A stretch of DNA of 64,000 nt from Auanema rhodensis (Eukaryota > Animalia > Nematoda). The stretch is taken from assembly GCA_964057225.1 (NCBI GenBank), contig OZ059894.1, positions 2,728,001 through 2,792,000 on the forward strand, given 5' to 3'. The translations under genes and the position numbers were made by a program. This document shows, piece after piece, positions 26,101 through 39,800 of this stretch; the stretch's first letter is position 1, and the number at the start of each line of letters is the position of its first letter. The notes below the pieces were generated by a model that ran no database searches, had not been told where the DNA came from, and saw only the letters and a program-made list of their open reading frames with translations.

Positions 26101-28419
26101 TCTTCAGGGTGAAAATCGAGGATATAAGTGTGAACTTATATCAGTTGATATATCGGTGCATTTTTAAGCTAGCGCAAATCTGATAAAACAGATCGACGCA
26201 GCTTAAAAATCCGCATCGAATGCACTATACTACATTGAGAAACGCTTAATACAAAAATTAGTTATGATCGTTTGAAAAATGATGCATTAGTGTATGTTGA
26301 GTTTCCATGTACACTCAACATTGCTTCCAAAAACATTTTGACAAAAATTTTTTCGAAAAATTTCAAAATAATTTAGCAAAAAGTAGATGTTTTTAGATAC
26401 CTTTTTTTAAGGCAAAGACGATGGACTTTGTTATTCAACGAAAAAATTAATTCTTCAGGGTGAAAATCGAGGATATAAGTGTGAACTTATATCAGTTGAT
26501 ATCTCGGTGCATTTTTAAGCTAGCGCAAATCTGATAACACAGATCGATGCAGCTTAAAAATCCGCATCTAATGCACTATACTACATTGAGAAACGCTTAA
26601 TACAAAAATTAGTTATGATCGTTTGAAAAATGATGCATTAGTGTATGTTGAGTTTCCATGTACACTCAACATTTCTTCCAAAAACATTTAGACAAAAATT
26701 TTTTCGAAAAATTTCAAAATAATTTAGCAAAAAGTAGATGTTTTTAGATTCCTTTTTTCAAGGCAAAGACGATGGACATTGTTATTCAACGAAATAATTA
26801 ATTCTTCAGGGTGAAAATCGAGGATATAAGTGTGAACTTATATCAGTTGATATCTCGGTGCATTTTTAAGCTAGCGCAAATCTGATAACACAGATCGATG
26901 CAGCTTAAAAATCCGCATCGAATGCACTATACTACATTGAGAAACGCTTAATACAAAAATTAGTTATGATCGTTTGAAAAATGATGCATTAGTGTATGTT
27001 GAGTTTCCATGTACAATCAACATTGCTTCCAAAAACATTTAGACAAAAATTTTTTCGAAAAATTTCAAAATAATTTAGCAAAAAGTAGATGTTTTTAGAT
27101 TCCTTTTTTCAAGGCAAAGACGATGGACATTGTTATTCAACGAAAAAATTAATTCTTTAGGGTGAAAATCGAGGATATAAGTGTGAACTTATATCAGTTG
27201 ATATCTCGGTGCATTTTTAAGCTAGCGCAAATCTGATAAAACAGATCGACGCAGCTTAAAAATCCGCATCGAATGCACTATACTACATTGAGAAACGCTT
27301 AATACAAAAATTAGTTATGATCGTTTGAAAAATGATGCATTAGTGTATGTTGAGTTTCCATGTACACTCAACATTGCTTCCAAAAACATTTTGACAAAAA
27401 TTTTTTCGAAAAATTTCAAAATAATTTAGCAAAAAGTAGATGTTTTTAGATTTCTTTTTTCAAGGCAAAGACGATGGACATTGTTATTCAACGAAAAAAT
27501 TAATTCTTCAGGGTGAAAATCGAGGATATAAGTGTGAACTTATATCAGTTGATATCTCGGTGCATCTTTAAACTAGCGCAAATCTGATAACACAGATCGA
27601 TGCAGCTTAAAAACCCGCATCGAATGCACTATACTACATTGAGAAACGCTTAATACAAAAATTAGTTATGATCGTTTGAAAAATGATGCATTAGTGTATG
27701 TTGAGTTTCCATGTACACTCAACATTGCTTCCAAAAACATTTTGACAAAAATTTTTTCGAAAAATTTCGAAATAATTTAGCAAAAAGTAGATGTTTTTAG
27801 ATTCCTTTTTTCAAGGCGAAGACGATGGACATTGTTATTCAACGAAAAAATTAATTCTTCAGGGTGAAAATCGAGGATATAAGTGTGAACTTATATCAGT
27901 TGATATATCGGTGCATTTTTAAGCTAGCGCAAATCTGATAAAACAGATCGACGCAGCTTAAAAATCCGCATCGAATGCACTATACTACATTGAGAAACGC
28001 TTAATACAAAAATTAGTTATGATCGTTTGAAAAATGATGCATTAGTGTATGTTGAGTTTCCATGTACACTCAACATTGCTTCCAAAAACATTTTGACAAA
28101 AATTTTTTCGAAAAATTTCAAAATAATTTAGCAAAAAGTAGATGTTTTTAGATACCTTTTTTTAAGGCAAAGACGATGGACTTTGTTATTCAACGAAAAA
28201 ATTAATTCTTCAGGGTGAAAATCGAGGATATAAGTGTGAACTTATATCAGTTGATATCTCGGTGCATTTTTAAGCTAGCGCAAATCTGATAACACAGATC
28301 GATGCAGCTTAAAAATCCGCATCGAATGCACTATACTACATTGAAAAACGCTTAATACAAAAATTAGTTATGATCGTTTGAAAAATGATGCATTAGTGTA
28401 TGTTGAGTTTCCATGTACA
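23155..28419. repeat. Higher-order repeat of 6 then 5 monomers (2106 / 1755 bp)
   Basis: The monomer marked gcatctttaaact + aacccgc starts at 23506, 25612 and 27367. The monomer marked gatacc + ggacttt starts at 24208, 26314 and 28069. Confidence 0.9.
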
Positions 28420-29823
28420 ATCAACATTGCTTCCAAAAACATTTTGACAAAAATTTTTTCGAAAAATTTCGAAATAATTTAGCAAAAAGTAGATGTTTTT
28501 AGATTCCTTTTTTCAAGGCGAAGACGATGGACATTGTTATTCAACGAAAAAATTAATTCTTCAGGGTGAAAATCGAGGATATAAGTGTGAACTTATATCA
28601 GTTGATATCTCGGTGCATTTTTAAGCTAGCGCAAATCTGATAACACAGATCGATGCAGCTTAAAAATCCGCATCGAATGCACTATACTACATTGAAAAAC
28701 GCTTAATACAAAAATTAGTTATGATCGTTTGAAAAATGATGCATTAGTGTATGTTGAGTTTCCATGTACAATCAACATTGCTTCCAAAAACATTTTGACA
28801 AAAATTTTTTCGAAAAATTTCGAAATAATTTAGCAAAAAGTAGATGTTTTTAGATTCCTTTTTTCAAGGCGAAGACGATGGACATTGTTATTCAACGAAA
28901 AAATTAATTCTTCAGGGTGAAAATAGAGGATATAAGTGTGAACATATATCAGTTGATATCTCGGTGCATTTTTAAGCTAGCGCAAATCTGATAACACAGA
29001 TCGACGCAGCTTAAAAATCTGCATCGAATGCACTATACTACATGGAGAAACGCTTAATACAAAAATTAGTTATGATCGTTTGAAAAATGATGCATTAGTG
29101 TATGTTGAGTTTCCATGTACACTCAACATTGCTTCCAAAAACATTTTGACAAAAATTTTTTCGAAAAATTTCAAAATAATTTAGCAAAAAGTAGATGTTT
29201 TTAGATTCCTTTTTTCAAGGCAAAGACGATGGACAATGTTATTCAACGAAAAAATTAATTCTTCAGGGTGAAAATAGAGGATATAAGTGTGAACATATAT
29301 CAGTTGATATCTCGGTGCATTTTTAAGCTAGCGCAAATCTGATAACACAGATCGACGCAGCTTAAAAATCTGCATCGAATGCACTATACTACATGGAGAA
29401 ACGCTTAATACAAAAATTAGTTATGATCGTTTGAAAAATGATGCATTAGTGTATGTTGAGTTTCCATGTACACTCAACATTGCTTCCAAAAACATTTTGA
29501 CAAAAATTTTTTCGAAAAATTTCAAAATAATTTAGCAAAAAGTAGATGTTTTTAGATTCCTTTTTTCAAGGCAAAGACGATGGACAATGTTATTCAACGA
29601 AAAAATTAATTCTTCAGGGTGAAAATCGAGGATATAAGTGTGAACTTATATCAGTTGATATCTCGGTGCATTTTTAAGCTAGCGCAAATCTGATAACACA
29701 GATCGACGCAGCTTAAAAATCTGCATCGAATGCACTATACTACATTGAGAAACGCTTAATACAAAAATTAGTTATGATCGTTTGAAAAATGATGCATTAG
29801 TGTATGTTGAGTTTCCATGTACA

Positions 29824-32800
29824 CTCAACATTGCTTCCAAAAACATTTTGACAAAAATTTTTTCGAAAAATTTCAAAATAATTTAGCAAAAAGTAGATGT
29901 TTTTAGATTTCTTTTTTCAAGGCAAAGACGATGGACATTGTTATTCAACGAAAAAATTAATTCTTCAGGGTGAAAATCGAGGATATAAGTGTGAACTTAT
30001 ATCAGTTGATATCTCGGTGCATTTTTAAGCTAGCGCAAATCTGATAACACAGATCGATGCAGCTTAAAAATCCGCATCGAATGGACTATACTACATTGAG
30101 AAACGCTTAATACAAAAATTAGTTATGATCGTTTGAAAAATGATGCATTAGTGTATGTTGAGTTTCCATGTACACTCAACATTGCTTCCAAAAACATTTA
30201 GACAAAAATTTTTTCGAAAAATTTCGAAATAATTTAGCAAAAAGTAGATGTTTTTAGATTCCTTTTTTCAAGGCGAAGACGATGGACATTGTTATTCAAC
30301 GAAAAAATTAATTCTTCAGGGTGAAAATAGAGGATATATGTGTGAACATATATCAGTTGATATCTCGGTGCATTTTTAAGGTAGCGCAAATCTGATAACA
30401 CAGATCGACGCAGCTTAAAAATCTGCATCGAATGCACTATACTACATGGAGAAACGCTTAATACAAAAATTAGTTATGATCGTTTGAAAAATGATGCATT
30501 AGTGTATGTTGAGTTTCCATGTACACTCAACATTGCTTCCAAAAACATTTTGACAAAAATTTTTTCGAAAAATTTCGAAATAATTTAGCAAAAAGTAGAT
30601 GTTTTTAGATTCCTTTTTTCAAGGCGAAGACGATGGACATTGTTATTCAACGAAAAAATTAATTCTTCAGGGTGAAAATCGAGGATATAAGTGTGAACTT
30701 ATATCAGTTGATATATCGGTGCATTTTTAAGCTAGCGCAAATCTGATAAAACAGATCGACGCAGCTTAAAAATCCGCATCGAATGCACTATACTACATTG
30801 AGAAACGCTTAAAACAAAAATTAGTTATGATCGTTTGAAAAATGATGCATTAGTGTATGTTGAGTTTCCATGTACACTCAACATTGCTTCCAAAAACATT
30901 TTGACAAAAATTTTTTCGAAAAATTTCGAAATAATTTAGCAAAAAGTAGATGTTTTTAGATTCCTTTTTTCAAGGCGAAGACGATGGACATTGTTATTCA
31001 ACGAAAAAATTAATTCTTCAGGGTGAAAATCGAGGATATAAGTGTGAACTTATATCAGTTGATATATCGGTGCATTTTTAAGCTAGCGCAAATCTGATAA
31101 AACAGATCGACGCAGCTTAAAAATCCGCATCGAATGCACTATACTACATTGAGAAACGCTTAATACAAAAATTAGTTATGATCGTTTGAAAAATGATGCA
31201 TTAGTGTATGTTGAGTTTCCATGTACACTCAACATTGCTTCCAAAAACATTTTGACAAAAATTTTTTCGAAAAATTTCAAAATAATTTAGCAAAAAGTAG
31301 ATGTTTTTAGATACCTTTTTTTAAGGCAAAGACGATGGACTTTGTTATTCAACGAAAAAATTAATTCTTCAGGGTGAAAATCGAGGATATAAGTGTGAAC
31401 TTATATCAGTTGATATCTCGGTGCATTTTTAAGCTAGCGCAAATCTGATAACACAGATCGATGCAGCTTAAAAATCCGCATCGAATGCACTATACTACAT
31501 TGAAAAACGCTTAATACAAAAATTAGTTATGATCGTTTGAAAAATGATGCATTAGTGTATGTTGAGTTTCCATGTACAATCAACATTGCTTCCAAAAACA
31601 TTTTGACAAAAATTTTTTCGAAAAATTTCGAAATAATTTAGCAAAAAGTAGATGTTTTTAGATTCCTTTTTTCAAGGCGAAGACGATGGACATTGTTATT
31701 CAACGAAAAAATTAATTCTTCAGGGTGAAAATCGAGGATATAAGTGTGAACTTATATCAGTTGATATCTCGGTGCATTTTTAAGCTAGCGCAAATCTGAT
31801 AACACAGATCGATGCAGCTTAAAAATCCGCATCGAATGCACTATACTACATTGAGAAACGCTTAATACAAAAATTAGTTATGATCGTTTGAAAAATGATG
31901 CATTAGTGTATGTTGAGTTTCCATGTACACTCAACATTGCTTCCAAAAACATTTTGACAAAAATTTTTTCGAAAAATTTCAAAATAATTTAGCAAAAAGT
32001 AGATGTTTTTAGATTTCTTTTTTCAAGGCAAAGACGATGGACATTGTTATTCAACGAAAAAATTAATTCTTCAGGGTGAAAATCGAGGATATAAGTGTGA
32101 ACTTATATCAGTTGATATCTCGGTGCATTTTTAAGCTAGCGCAAATCTGATAACACAGATCGATGCAGCTTAAAAATCCGCATCGAATGGACTATACTAC
32201 ATTGAGAAACGCTTAATACAAAAATTAGTTATGATCGTTTGAAAAATGATGCATTAGTGTATGTTGAGTTTCCATGTACACTCAACATTGCTTCCAAAAA
32301 CATTTTGACAAAAATTTTTTCGAAAAATTTCGAAATAATTTAGCAAAAAGTAGATGTTTTTAGATTCCTTTTTTCAAGGCGAAGACGATGGACATTGTTA
32401 TTCAACGAAAAAATTAATTCTTCAGGGTGAAAATAGAGGATATAAGTGTGAACATATATCAGTTGATATCTCGGTGCATTTTTAAGCTAGCGCAAATCTG
32501 ATAACACAGATCGACGCAGCTTAAAAATCTGCATCGAATGCACTATACTACATGGAGAAACGCTTAATACAAAAATTAGTTATGATCGTTTGAAAAATGA
32601 TGCATTAGTGTATGTTGAGTTTCCATGTACACTCAACATTGCTTCCAAAAACATTTTGACAAAAATTTTTTCGAAAAATTTCGAAATAATTTAGCAAAAA
32701 GTAGATGTTTTTAGATTCCTTTTTTCAAGGCGAAGACGATGGACATTGTTATTCAACGAAAAAATTAATTCTTCAGGGTGAAAATCGAGGATATAAGTGT

Positions 32801-33333
32801 GAACTTATATCAGTTGATATATCGGTGCATTTTTAAGCTAGCGCAAATCTGATAAAACAGATCGACGCAGCTTAAAAATCCGCATCGAATGCACTATACT
32901 ACATTGAGAAACGCTTAAAACAAAAATTAGTTATGATCGTTTGAAAAATGATGCATTAGTGTATGTTGAGTTTCCATGTACACTCAACATTGCTTCCAAA
33001 AACATTTTGACAAAAATTTTTTCGAAAAATTTCGAAATAATTTAGCAAAAAGTAGATGTTTTTAGATTCCTTTTTTCAAGGCGAAGACGATGGACATTGT
33101 TATTCAACGAAAAAATTAATTCTTCAGGGTGAAAATCGAGGATATAAGTGTGAACTTATATCAGTTGATATATCGGTGCATTTTTAAGCTAGCGCAAATC
33201 TGATAAAACAGATCGACGCAGCTTAAAAATCCGCATCGAATGCACTATACTACATTGAGAAACGCTTAATACAAAAATTAGTTATGATCGTTTGAAAAAT
33301 GATGCATTAGTGTATGTTGAGTTTCCATGTACA
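29824..33333. repeat. Four-monomer block duplicated at a 6-monomer (2106-bp) spacing
   Basis: The atggact allele is in monomers 29824 and 31930. gatatatcgg + cttaaaac is in monomers 30526 and 32632. Confidence 0.8.
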
Positions 33334-36300
33334 CTCAACATTGCTTCCAAAAACATTTTGACAAAAATTTTTTCGAAAAATTTCAAAATAATTTAGCAAA
33401 AAGTAGATGTTTTTAGATTCCTTTTTTCAAGGCGAAGACGATGGACATTGTTATTCAACGAAAAAATTAATTCTTCAGGGTGAAAATCGAGGATATAAGT
33501 GTGAACTTATATCAGTTGATATCTCGGTGCATTTTTAAGCTAGCGCAAATCTGATAACACAGATCGATGCAGCTTAAAAATCTGCATCGAATGCACTATA
33601 CTACATTGAGAAACGCTTAATACAAAAATTAGTTATGATCGTTTGAAAAATGATGCATTAGTGTATGTTGAGTTTCCATGTACACTCAACATTGCTTCCA
33701 AAAACATTTTGACAAAAATTTTTTCGAAAAATTTCAAAATAATTTAGCAAAAAGTAGATGTTTTTAGATTTCTTTTTTCAAGGCAAAGACGATGGACATT
33801 GTTATTCAACGAAAAAATTAATTCTTCAGGGTGAAAATCGAGGATATAAGTGTGAACTTATATCAGTTGATATCTCGGTGCATTTTTAAGCTAGCGCAAA
33901 TCTGATAACACAGATCGATGCAGCTTAAAAATCCGCATCGAATGGACTATACTACATTGAGAAACGCTTAATACAAAAATTAGTTATGATCGTTTGAAAA
34001 ATGATGCATTAGTGTATGTTGAGTTTCCATGTACACTCAACATTGCTTCCAAAAACATTTAGACAAAAATTTTTTCGAAAAATTTCGAAATAATTTAGCA
34101 AAAAGTAGATGTTTTTAGATTCCTTTTTTCAAGGCGAAGACGATGGACATTGTTATTCAACGAAAAAATTAATTCTTCAGGGTGAAAATCGAGGATATAA
34201 GTGTGAACTTATATCAGTTGATATCTCGGTGCATTTTTAAGCTAGCGCAAATCTGATAACACAGATCGATGCAGCTTAAAAATCCGCATCGAATGGACTA
34301 TACTACATTGAGAAACGCTTAATACAAAAATTAGTTATGATCGTTTGAAAAATGATGCATTAGTGTATGTTGAGTTTCCATGTACACTCAACATTGCTTC
34401 CAAAAACATTTAGACAAAAATTTTTTCGAAAAATTTCGAAATAATTTAGCAAAAAGTAGATGTTTTTAGATTCCTTTTTTCAAGGCGAAGACGATGGACA
34501 TTGTTATTCAACGAAAAAATTAATTCTTCAGGGTGAAAATAGAGGATATATGTGTGAACATATATCAGTTGATATCTCGGTGCATTTTTAAGCTAGCGCA
34601 AATCTGATAACACAGATCGACGCAGCTTAAAAATCTGCATCGAATGCACTATACTACATGGAGAAACGCTTAATACAAAAATTAGTTATGATCGTTTGAA
34701 AAATGATGCATTAGTGTATGTTGAGTTTCCATGTACACTCAACATTGCTTCCAAAAACATTTTGACAAAAATTTTTTCGAAAAATTTCGAAATAATTTAG
34801 CAAAAAGTAGATGTTTTTAGATTCCTTTTTTCAAGGCGAAGACGATGGACATTGTTATTCAACGAAAAAATTAATTCTTCAGGGTGAAAATCGAGGATAT
34901 AAGTGTGAACTTATATCAGTTGATATCTCGGTGCATTTTTAAGCTAGCGCAAATCTGATAAAACAGATCGACGCAGCTTAAAAATCCGCAAAGAATGCAC
35001 TATACTACATTGAGAAACGCTTAATACAAAAATTAGTTATGATCGTTTGAAAAATGATGCATTAGTGTATGTTGAGTTTCCATGTACACTAAACATTGCT
35101 TCCAAAAACATTTTGACAAAAATTTTTTCGAAAAATTTCAAAATAATTTAGCAAAAAGTAGATGTTTTTAGATTTCTTTTTCAAGGCAAAGACGATGGAC
35201 AATGTTATTCAACGAAAAAATTAATTCTTCAGGGTGAAAATCGAGGATATATGTGTGAACATATATCAGTTGATATCTCGGTGCATTTTTAAGCTAGCGC
35301 AAATCTGATAACACAGATCGATGCAGCTTAAAAATCTGCATCGAATGCACTATACTACATTGAGAAACGCTTAATACAAAAATTAGTTATGATCGTTTGA
35401 AAAATGATGCATTAGTGTATGTTGAGTTTCCATGTACACTCAACATTGCTTCCAAAAACATTTTGACAAAAATTTTTTCGAAAAATTTCAAAATAATTTA
35501 GCAAAAAGTAGATGTTTTTAGATTTCTTTTTTCAAGGCAAAGACGATGGACATTGTTATTCAACGAAAAAATTAATTCTTCAGGGTGAAAATCGAGGATA
35601 TAAGTGTGAACTTATATCAGTTGATATCTCGGTGCATTTTTAAGCTAGCGCAAATCTGATAACACAGATCGATGCAGCTTAAAAATCCGCATCGAATGCA
35701 CTATACTACATTGAGAAACGCTTAATACAAAAATTAGTTATGATCGTTTGAAAAATGATGCATTAGTGTATGTTGAGTTTCCATGTACAATCAACATTGC
35801 TTCCAAAAACATTTTGACAAAAATTTTTTCGAAAAATTTCAAAATAATTTAGCAAAAAATAGATGTTTTTAGATTTCTTTTTTCAAGGCAAAGACGATGG
35901 ACATTGTTATTCAACGAAAAAATTAATTCTTCAGGGTGAAAATCGAGGATATAAGTGTGAACTTATATCAGTTGATATCTCGGTGCATTTTCAAGCTAGC
36001 GCAAATCTGATAACACAGATCGATGCAGCTTAAAAATCCGCATCGAATGCACTATACTACATTGAGAAACGCTTAATACAAAAATTAGTTATGATCGTTT
36101 GAAAAATGATGCATTAGTGTATGTTGAGTTTCCATGTACAATCAACATTGCTTCCAAAAACATTTTGACAAAAATTTTTTCGAAAAATTTCAAAATAATT
36201 TAGCAAAAAGTAGATGTTTTTAGATTTCTTTTTTCAAGGCAAAGACGATGGACATTGTTATTCAACGAAAAAATTAATTCTTCAGGGTGAAAATCGAGGA

Positions 36301-36842
36301 TATAAGTGTGAACTTATATCAGTTGATATCTCGGTGCATTTTTAAGCTAGCGCAAATCTGATAACACAGATCGATGCAGCTTAAAAATCCGCATCGAATG
36401 CACTATACTACATTGAGAAACGCTTAATACAAAAATTAGTTATGATCGTTTGAAAAATGATGCATTAGTGTATGTTGAGTTTCCATGTACACTCAACATT
36501 GCTTCCAAAAACATTTAGACAAAAATTTTTTCGAAAAATTTCAAAATAATTTAGCAAAAAGTAGATGTTTTTAGATTCCTTTTTTCAAGGCAAAGACGAT
36601 GGACATTGTTATTCAACGAAAAAATTAATTCTTCAGGGTGAAAATCGAGGATATAAGTGTGAACTTATATCAGTTGATATCTCGGTGCATTTTTAAGCTA
36701 GCGCAAATCTGATAACACAGATCGATGCAGCTCAAAAATCCGCATCGAATGCACTATACTACATTGAGAAACGCTTAATACAAAAATTAGTTATGATCGT
36801 TTGAAAAATGATGCATTAGTGTATGTTGAGTTTCCATGTACA

Positions 36843-39800
36843 CTCAACATTGCTTCCAAAAACATTTAGACAAAAATTTTTTCGAAAAATTTCAAAATAA
36901 TTTAGCAAAAAGTAGATGTTTTTAGATTCCTTTTTTCAAGGCAAAGACGATGGACATTGTTATTCAACGAAAAAATTAATTCTTCAGGGTGAAAATCGAG
37001 GATATAAGTGTGAACTTATATCAGTTGATATCTCGGTGCATTTTTAAGCTAGCGCAAATCTGATAACACAGATCGATGCAGCTTAAAAATCCGCATCGAA
37101 TGCACTATACTACATTGAGAAACGCTTAATACAAAAATTAGTTATGATCGTTTGAAAAATGATGCATTAGTGTATATTGAGTTTCCATGTACAATCAACA
37201 TTGCTTCCAAAAACATTTTGACAAAAATTTTTTCGAAAAATTTCAAAATAATTTAGCAAAAAGTAGATGTTTTTAGATTTCTTTTTTCAAGGCAAAGACG
37301 ATGGACATTGTTATTCAACGAAAAAATTAATTCTTCAGGGTGAAAATCGAGGATATAAGTGTGAACTTATATCAGTTGATATCTCGGTGCATTTTTAAGC
37401 TAGCGCAAATCTGATAACACAGATCGATGCAGCTTAAAAATCCGCATCGAATGCACTATACTACATTGAGAAACGCTTAATACAAAAATTAGTTATGATC
37501 GTTTGAAAAATGATGCATTAGTGTATGTTGAGTTTCCATGTACACTCAACATTGCTTCCAAAAACATTTAGACAAAAATTTTTTCGAAAAATTTCAAAAT
37601 AATTTAGCAAAAAGTAGATGTTTTTAGATTCCTTTTTTCAAGGCAAAGACGATGGACATTGTTATTCAACGAAAAAATTAATTCTTTAGGGTGAAAATCG
37701 AGGATATAAGTGTGAACTTATATCAGTTGATATCTCGGTGCATTTTTAAGCTAGCGCAAATCTGATAAAACAGATCGACGCAGCTTAAAAATCCGCATCG
37801 AATGCACTATACTACATTGAGAAACGCTTAATACAAAAATTAGTTATGATCGTTTGAAAAATGATGCATTAGTGTATGTTGAGTTTCCATGTACACTCAA
37901 CATTGCTTCCAAAAACATTTTGACAAAAATTTTTTCGAAAAATTTCGAAATAATTTAGCAAAAAGTAGATGTTTTTAGATTTCTTTTTTCAAGGCAAAGA
38001 CGATGGACATTGTTATTCAACGAAAAAATTAATTCTTCAGGGTGAAAATCGAGGATATAAGTGTGAACTTATATCAGTTGATATCTCGGTGCATTTTTAA
38101 GCTAGCGCAAATCTGATAACACAGATCGATGCAGCTTAAAAATCCGCATCGAATGCACTATACTACATTGAGAAACGCTTAATACAAAAATTAGTTATGA
38201 TCGTTTGAAAAATGATGCATTAGTGTATGTTGAGTTTCCATGTACACTCAACATTGCTTCCAAAAACATTTAGACAAAAATTTTTTCGAAAAATTTCAAA
38301 ATAATTTAGCAAAAAGTAGATGTTTTTAGATTCCTTTTTTCAAGGCAAAGACGATGGACATTGTTATTCAACGAAAAAATTAATTCTTCAGGGTGAAAAT
38401 CGAGGATATAAGTGTGAACTTATATCAGTTGATATCTCGGTGCATTTTTAAGCTAGCGCAAATCTGATAACACAGATCGATGCAGCTTAAAAATCCGCAT
38501 CGAATGCACTATACTACATTGAGAAACGCTTAATACAAAAATTAGTTATGATCGTTTGAAAAATGATGCATTAGTGTATATTGAGTTTCCATGTACAATC
38601 AACATTGCTTCCAAAAACATTTTGACAAAAATTTTTTCGAAAAATTTCAAAATAATTTAGCAAAAAGTAGATGTTTTTAGATTTCTTTTTTCAAGGCAAA
38701 GACGATGGACATTGTTATTCAACGAAAAATCTAATTCTTCAGGGTGAAAATCGAGGATATAAGTGTGAACTTATATCAGTTGATATCTCGGTGCATTTTT
38801 AAGCTAGCGCAAATCTGATAACACAGATCGATGCAGCTTAAAAATCCGCATCGAATGCACTATACTACATTGAGAAACGCTTAATACAAAAATTAGTTAT
38901 GATTGTTTGAAAAATGATGCATTAGTGTATGTTGAGTTTCCATGTACACTCAACATTGCTTCCAAAAACATTTAGACAAAAATTTTTTCGAAAAATTTCA
39001 AAATAATTTAGCAGAAAGTAGATGTTTTTAGATTCCTTTTTTCAAGGCAAAGACGATGGACATTGTTATTCAACGAAAAAATTAATTCTTTAGGGTGAAA
39101 ATCGAGGATATAAGTGTGAACTTATATCAGTTGATATCTCGGTGCATTTTTAAGCTAGCGCAAATCTGATAACACAGATCGATGCAGCTTAAAAATCCGC
39201 ATCGAATGCACTATACTACATTGAGAAACGCTTAATACAAAAATTAGTTATGATCGTTTGAAAAATGATGCATTAGTGTATGTTGAGTTTCCATGTACAA
39301 TCAACATTGCTTCCAAAAACATTTTGACAAAAATTTTTTCGAAAAATTTCAAAATAATTTAGCAAAAAGTAGATGTTTTTAGATTTCTTTTTTCAAGGCA
39401 AAGACGATGGACATTGTTATTCAACGAAAAAATTAATTCTTCAGGGTGAAAATCGAGGATATAAGTGTGAACTTATATCAGTTGATATCTCGGTGCATTT
39501 TTAAGCTAGCGCAAATCTGATAACACAGATCGATGCAGCTTAAAAATCCGCATCGAATGCACTATACTACATTGAGAAACGCTTAATACAAAAATTAGTT
39601 ATGATCGTTTGAAAAATGATGCATTAGTGTATGTTGAGTTTCCATGTACACTCAACATTGCTTCCAAAAACATTTAGACAAAAATTTTTTCGAAAAATTT
39701 CAAAATAATTTAGCAAAAAGTAGATGTTTTTAGATTCCTTTTTTCAAGGCAAAGACGATGGACATTGTTATTCAACGAAAAAATTAATTCTTCAGGGTGA

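Noticed and set aside
30234-30437. 67-aa minus-strand ORF
   Set aside because: It lies in a single satellite monomer and starts at GTG. It is open only because T174A removes a TAA and a private C-to-G at 30381 removes a TAG. The ORF track shows no equivalent in any other copy, and I recognise no protein motif.
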